DNA of 20,000 nt from Catajapyx aquilonaris. Lineage: Eukaryota. The notes under the pieces are model-generated. The model ran no database searches. It saw only the letters and a list, made by a program, of their open reading frames with translations, and was not told the origin of the DNA. The stretch is taken from positions 56,621 through 76,620 of the forward strand of contig KZ538540.1 in NCBI GenBank assembly GCA_000934665.2, given 5' to 3'. This document shows, in pieces, positions 9,901-17,900 of the stretch (positions are counted from its first letter, which is position 1; each line of letters opens with the position of its first letter). A program made the translations under genes and the position numbers.

Positions 9901-11898
9901 TTCCTGAACACAGTAATGACCCCCTGTATTATAAAGCCCCTCTCTGAGGATATTAGAGGAGGAGGAGGAGGGCGAGGGTGAGATGTAGGATAGAAAAGAT
10001 CTTGCACTTCCCGACGTCGTAGCGGGTCAGGTGATGGCTCGTCAGAAAGCCCTCGTCAACAGTTGGGAAGCGAAGAATTCTCGAAATTGGAAATTGCCCT
10101 GCCGTTTTCCAGCTAAGGCCAAGGAATAATAATTTTGCACTTTCGACCTTGGCCTGCTGGTCATACAGCATCGATCTACCTCTGGACGAGCACCTCTATC
10201 ACGCCACCCACCCAACTCCCCTCCGCCACCCATCCCGTCGGCCGGCCACCCCGCCCCCTGGCCAAGAATGTCAAGAAGCCATACCATCAATTACACCTCA
10301 TCTCAAAGCATTCCTAGCAATTTTAAGACATGCCTTTGTTTGACGATTTATTAATTTTTGCATCACGTGCTTAAGCCTCTTGGAACGAGAACAAAGCTAT
10401 TTTCTCTTGAGTTTTGTATAGGGAGTTGGCAGCAATGCCTATCCACATTCTTTATCCCATCATTGTCACATTTCTATGAACAAAAGAAACCTTTGTGTTG
10501 AAAACAACACAATTGTTGTATAATCATGATGACCTGCAAGGCTTCATTAACAATGTCTATATTAGCAAACAGTTCAGTGGCACATACCTGCTTGAGGAAT
10601 CTTGTAATTGGTAGGAGAATGCATTCGTGTCCTTTGTAATGTTGCAGCCATCTTGAAAGCAAGATGGTGACCTGATCAGGCTCTTCCCATACAGCAGGAC
10701 TAGATTATTACCAATCCACCCTTGTTTGTAGGGTATTCTCAGACTCATCCAGTGATTTGGAAAATGAGCAAAGTGTCTTTGTGATTTGTTGTTGCTGCTG
10801 TTTAATATGAAAGCTATTCAGCAAGGTACAGTATTGAGGAAAAAAGTGAAATTAATGGCATTGTCATGTGATCTGTTGATTATGACGTCACGATAGTGGG
10901 CCGTATGAATGTTGAACTGGGAGTGTGTCATGACTCATGACATGTTAAATTTATTTTTATAAACCTGAGGCAAGCACTTGGTGGAATGCAAGTTCAGATC
11001 TGAATCTGTAAATTTACTTAAAACTAATGCATCAAACTTGTTCTCCTCTATCAACCAATTAAGAACTGGGTAATGACTCTGTCAGTCTGGAGTTGCGATA
11101 GTTGGTTTAGGGGGTTTAGGCATGTTCCCTACGCTGACCTGGTCTCATAGGCCAGGTGTGTGCTGTGTTGAGCCCTGAGGGCTTCACCTGGAGAAAAAAT
11201 GGGGGGGAAATTTAGGGGTAGTGTAGCAAGGGTCGAACCCTTCTCTACATCGGGTGCGATTGGTAAAAACCTTTTCTCCATCAACCACTCCTCTCACAAT
11301 GACTCCCTCGCCTTCCCTCTCCCCTATTGGGCCATGCCTATTCCTTTTATTGTCATGTGAGGACCACATGGTGTATGGAGGAACTTTCCATTCCTACATT
11401 TACACCCTGCGCCCAAGTCAGTCATGTGTGACAAGTTTTGTGCGCAGCTAGCACAGCAAACTTGGCGAACACAACTAGGCATTGCCTGCAATTGCCTGTC
11501 TGGCAGAGCCATAAAAGAAGCCTACACGCAATGCACAAAGTCACTCTCAAGAATGTTGCAATTATGCAGTGAACATGTCTTAGGTGTCTCTTCACAATTT
11601 TCACTATACACATGGATGAAAACTTTCATCCAGGTGGTGTGGAGGGTGCTCCAATTGAATTTTTCCCTAGATGTAACTAACTAACTACATTTTTTTGTAG
11701 CACAAGAGAAACATTCCACATTCAGACCGTCTTCATCATTGCCGTCGTCGTCGTCATCTTCCCGTGACCAGAAGCCCAGTTCGAGGCTGGTTGATGCTCA
11801 TCGGCAATCATCTGGAAGCCGAGATGAAGGGGAGCATAGAGAAAAAAGGAAACATAGCGATGGTAGGCATGCGTACTACGTTGTACTAGGTTGTACGT

Positions 11899-11952
<54 letters not shown>

Positions 11953-14900
11953 AAAACTTGAGTTTGCAGCTTGCCAGACACTGCACTGAATCCATGTGAA
12001 TGAATTGATGTGTAGGCATCTATGCTGTTGCAGACTTGTACTGAACATGTATGGACTTTTTCTTGTTATTATTCCCTAAACAATACAGTATAATATCTAT
12101 TTACAAAGAATTTACATTACATGAGGTATTACACGTAATCTAGAGATGATTTAAAGTGTATGGGAGTGTTCAATTCATTCATTCATTCAATCATTCATTC
12201 ACTTCTTTATGGCCTTGTCCCAAGCATGGGGTAGCCAGCCATGATGAGTGTTCAATGGCTGCAATATATGCAAATACAATGCCATTTCATGTAAGGAACT
12301 TGAGCATTCAGATTTTGATATCTGCCAGAGGTCCTAGAATCAATCCCTCAGTTACCGTGGGCCCATTGTACCGGTAATGTTTGCAGTGGTACTGAAATTT
12401 TCTTTTAAAAAATGGTTTAATTATGTTGCACTTTTTCCTTTTCCCATTGATAGAAATGAATGTTACAATTTTCTAATAATTACAAAGCACGGCAAATATT
12501 AGGCTGAATAATCTTGCCGGTGTTAGTATATTCACTATGTGTGGAAAATCTTTTGCAGAATCGGCTGCTAACCATCAGCTCTCAATTTTGCCACGGAGGG
12601 TTTATTACACAGTCTCCCTCTTACCCAGGAAAAGAAGTGCAATATGACTTTTCAGTTTTCAACTTAATTAACTTCTCATTAACTGCACACTTACAAGTTA
12701 GTGAATAACTACCTCTGCTATGGCCTCTGTAACTGTAAGGCAAGCTGCTTACATGTCACCAATGATATGGCCAGAAAAGAAGGCGGAGGTGCAGTGTTGT
12801 CTGCGTTGCATGTGGCTGGGCCAGTGAAGTTCTTCGTGAAATTACATGTAGCACGTCTGGGGGCACTTTTAGACATAACTGTTGGAGTGTGATGTGACAT
12901 GGATGATAACAAAAAAGACAGCTGGACATAATAGGAGTCTTGGCAAATTTGTCTGGCATTGGTGGCACAGGTGGAGATGGCTCCATGCACCTGGATGACC
13001 CGATGACTAGCTTAAATGCAAATGTTGCATGAGTCAGCTGCAGTATTGTGTGATGGTTATGACACAGTCTGCCCACTACATGTACTGCAGTATTCCTGTG
13101 ATTGTTGCTACTGTTACAGAGAGTGAGTGATGTGGACAACTCCAGATGGGTCTGCCTGCTTGCACTGCATTGCATTGGGATAAGCAGGGTGAGGGGAGAT
13201 TATTCAGAGAAAGTGCTTTATTTTCATCACACTCATCACTTCCTGTGATGACTTGGGATGCAGTTACCGAATGGTTTGGGAAGGAGTCTGGAATGCTACT
13301 GTCTGCCATTTTAATACAAGGTCCACATTGAATGTCATCTACTCCCAAAGTTGTTTAGTTGCTTCACAGGACATGTTACTAGGGCACTCCGCAAGGAGAA
13401 GACTCTGCTCATGCCCCAAATGCTGTTTGACTGATCCCATCGGAACAGATGGTGGAGAGCAGATGGTGGAGAGTCAGAGGTCGAGGTAGTGATCCAAGTT
13501 CTGATTTGTAGTCTACGAGATCCAGTCTCGTAGATCCAGTGTACTGAACTCCTTCCCGAATCATCAAAGGCATGATGATTGTGATGAAAATAAAGGACTC
13601 TCTAAATCAGGGTTTATCAACCAGGGTTCCACAAGCAATTGCCACGGGCACCGCGAGAAATCGTGATGAATAGGCTAATCGTATGTAAAAGTATTTTTGA
13701 GTCATTCATTGCTAGGTCTATAGTTTAATCATTTTTATGAGATGTGAGTATCATTTCAAGAGTTCCACAAGGGTAAAAAGGTTGAGAAACGCCTCTCTAA
13801 ATAATCTGCCGTCACCCTGCTTATCCCGATGCAGTGCACTATTACTGTAAACAAGGAGTCCTGCCTGGGGTCATCCACATTACTCACTCTCTGTAAATAG
13901 TGGCAACAATTGCAAGAATTGCAGCACGCACAGTTTTCTGACTGTCATTACTGGCGCATGATAAGGGGGCTCCCATTCCTGCAACATTTGAATTCAGCTA
14001 GTCCTCACGGCAGGGGTGCCAGGTGCATGGAGCCATCTCCGCCCATGCTGTCCACACAGGAAAAATTTGCAAGGGACTAATACGTATGTGCCATGCAGAA
14101 GCGCTTCAAAATCAAGGAGTCCTGTGTGATCCTAACTGATACAGCATTCCTCATCAGACCAAGATGAGGACTGTGACTACATTTTCCTACCTATTGCTGG
14201 CTCCTAAATTGATCCAGAAATTAAAAACTTAATGTTCATCTTTTTAGGTCTACCTTCTTGCATGTACTGTACTTGCAGAATGTCTAGCAGCACTCGTAAT
14301 TTTTAATGAGTATCCCTAGAAAATTGAATTTATTGCTCTGAGATTAAATTAGCTCCATCTAGCTTCTGAAATAAGATTTTTCTAGAGGTTTCAGTGCATG
14401 AATATGAGAATATCCCAATACTAGCCATTTCCAGAGACTCGAGGTGTGTGAATGAGACAAATGTTTGCCTACAGATGAAGTAGACTGTTCTACACTCAGT
14501 CATGTTTGAGAAATTTAGAGAGAGAAAAGATGCTCCTGGCATATGCATAAAGACATGCTCATATTTAAGACTGTCTGATATAGCCACTTCTTCGTGGGCT
14601 TTTATATGCCACCACACTATCAGCAATGCTAGAATATGATTGTGATGATGTTTCACTTTCAAGTTATGCAAAGCAAAATAGTTACATGTGTATAGCAACC
14701 TGCACAAATCTCCTCTAAAGCAAATATTTAACAATAGCTATGAACTAGTTTTATGAGACTTTTGGAAATCTGAAGAAGGGATAGTGAGATTGCTAAAATG
14801 GGCATCATCTGTATGCTTCCAGATTCCCTTGCACAAGACATGGACATCTCTCCTGGTGACAGCACACCAACGTCAGCAGAGAACTGCTACTCCGTTCATC

Positions 14901-17900
14901 CGAATGCTGCGTCTTCATCATCAACCTCTTCCACCTCCTCTTCCTCCTCTAGTTCCTCCACATCCTCTCACCCACTCCCACAGCAGCAGCAGCATCCAGA
15001 CCAATCTAGTGTAGTGGATCTACATCCCTCCTCCTCCTCCTCCATTCCTGCTTCCTCCGCATTGTCCTCCTCCACCACCTCCACCACTACCACGACCACC
15101 ACCTCACTAACATCAGTATTGCTGAAGCAGTCTACATCCACCATGTCCAAGCCTATTGTCAGCAGCAGCACCAGTGGCACTAAGCCTTCCCCATCCCCCT
15201 GCATTGCTCCTCCCCCTCCTCCCCCTATTCCTTCCACTTCCACTTCCTCCTCATCACAATCCACCACCACAACCCCAGTCACTCTGGCCTCCCTTCCACG
15301 ACTCTTGTCGCAGATAACCTCAGCCAAAGGTGAGCAGATTGAGTTTGGTTGATTGTTGTGAAGGTATAAGGTGTTATATTCTGGTGGAACAATAAAGGGC
15401 TAGGGGAAGAGATGCAATAGAAGCTCCATGTTTGCAGCTGATTACTGGTAGGATACACCAACAACTAAACTAGGATGGGAATTTTTTAGGGCCAGTTGCA
15501 CCGGCCTCAGTATAACTTTGAACCTCAGGTATAACAAGAATTGCCATAGCAATCATTGTTGACCTTTTGAGTTCCAGAGGTATATCACTTGCATGAAGAT
15601 TTGTGGGTGCAAGGCCTCTACAAATTTTGGGGAATCAATTTTAATCCAGCTGTCTCTTTCAGTAATTTCTTTGCAGATAGATAACATAACTCTCACAAAT
15701 ATGCTGAGGATTTCTGTAGGATTTAGCTGTCCATTTGTGTTAGGTGGCAACTGAAATATCAAGATACACAGATGCTAATTGTTATGTCTCTGTTACAGGT
15801 CTCCAAACACTGGATAAGACAGAGCTGAGTACCCAGGAGGCCATTCAGACCATACAGCAGGCTATCATGCTGACGAGACAGGCTAGCATGGAACACCATC
15901 ACCAACATCACCAGCACCAGCATCACCACATGCAGCAGCACCATCACGGGATGCAGCCGCTGGCTGTGGACACAGCAAATGGTGGGGGTGGGAGCACCGG
16001 TGGTAGCAGCACAGGAGGTGGTGGTGGAGGAGGTGGGCCTCCTACACCCACCCACTCTGAGGCACAGGATGCTGTCGATGCTAGAAAAGGTTGGATTATC
16101 TTCTTTTTTTATTATCTCTGTTGTGTATTATCTAGGCTACACCAAGAAGCTGGTTTATGACTACTACTTTTTCCCTCAATGCTATTCTGTAACTTTTCTT
16201 AACATTATATATTGATGAAATGCATATTAGTGATTACAAATTGAAGAATTTCTGCCAGTCCTAGAGTTTGATTATACAAGTTCATAATATAATAATAACT
16301 TATACGAGGTGTGATCGAAAAGTTCCCGGACTGTGTTCATAAAAACATTAATATTTACTTTAAGTCCTAATTTCCACTGCCACCTTCAAAGTAGTCACCT
16401 TGGGCACGTATACAACAATTCCAGCGAATTTCCCATTTTTGGAAGCACCAAAAAAAATTTGACCAACAGTAGTGTGTTCAACACCTGCTGCGATTTTGCT
16501 TAGACCTCTTTAGTGGAGTCAAAATGCCTCCTTTTCTGCCCAAATTTCATTTTAGGGAAGAGGTAGAAATCACATGATTCCAGGACAAACGAATATGCAG
16601 GGTGGGGAACAGTGGTCATGTTATTTTTTATCAGGAAGTCCCTGACTACGCGTGAGGTGTGTGCAGGCAGCATTGTCATGGTGCAGCAACCAGTCTATGT
16701 TCTTCCACATCTTCGGCCATTTGAGGCTAAATCGTCTCAAACCATCGCAGTAACACTTGCCGTTGACAGTTTTACCAGGAGGGAGGAACTCCATATGCAC
16801 AATTCCTAAAATGTCAAATAAAATGATCAGCATTGAGTTGATTTTGCCGCGAACTTGGCGTGCCACCTTTGAAGCTGTTAAACCACTCATATGTTAATGC
16901 TTGTCTTACAACTTGCTCATCAAAAGCCTTGTTCAGCATTCGGTTGGTTGCATCCGAAGTTTTGTTGAGCTGGAAGCAAAATTTAATACAAATCTTTTGC
17001 TCCCTAACATCAGCCATTTCGAAAAATCGCAGAAGCACAACAACACGGTGTCAAGAAAACTGCCGAAACTCGGAAACATGTGCACCTATGAAGACGAGAT
17101 TTTTCAGGCTAATAGATGAAAGTACACCTAGCGCCCCCTAACGTCACAAGTTCATAGCTCCACTGGTTTGCGCGGTATATCGACAGTCCGGGAACTTTTT
17201 GATCACACCTCGTATAATAATGGATACCCCGTGATAGACCCCTTGGGCCTCTTAGGGGATCATCTTTTGAATAACCGATTTTAATCATTTGCCTGTAATG
17301 TAATGGATTTTGATAGTGGGAGGAAACGGGAGAACCCCGAGAAAACTGACGCGAACACGGAGAGAACCCATCGAAACTCTATCCACATAAGTATCCTCCG
17401 TCCAACCCGGGGATCGAACTCGGGACCTTAGAGGTGGAAGGCTGCGGCGCTAACCGCTCGGCCACCGTGTCGCTTTTAATAATAACTTATATATAACAGG
17501 GAGCGTGATAATGACCTCTGAAGGTAATATGGGGAGTATAGTAACTACTCCCCATGTTATATTAGCACACTCCCTGTATGTCCTACCTCGAAATGTCCCT
17601 ATCCAACATTGATCAGGACGGTCTGGGCTACAACATATCCCATTTTCAGGCAAATCGAACAGAAGGCCACTGGCCCACACGTTTTGTGCCATGTCTTTTT
17701 GGCATACAGAGTTGCCCCCAAACCTTCTCAAGAGATTCCACCCTAAAATTAGTGCAAAAGATAATTCAGTAGTTTTAAAATAAATAAAAATTGTTCGTTA
17801 ATGCCAATTAGCAGCTGGCGGGCCACTGCACAACTCCCACCCGTCCTCCGCGAGGATGGAGGGGCGCATGCCCAGCGAGGTTTGAACAGCTGTGGAGCGA

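Noticed and set aside
9510..9947. 145-aa + strand ORF as an extra WAC exon or nested gene
   Set aside because: No recognisable domain, WAC exons 5 and 6 join in phase without it, and it lies in a probable transposon relic.
14968..15327. 119-aa antisense ORF (similarly 603-1031 and 15759-16055)
   Set aside because: Shadow ORFs opposite real exons, with no independent motifs or splice signals.
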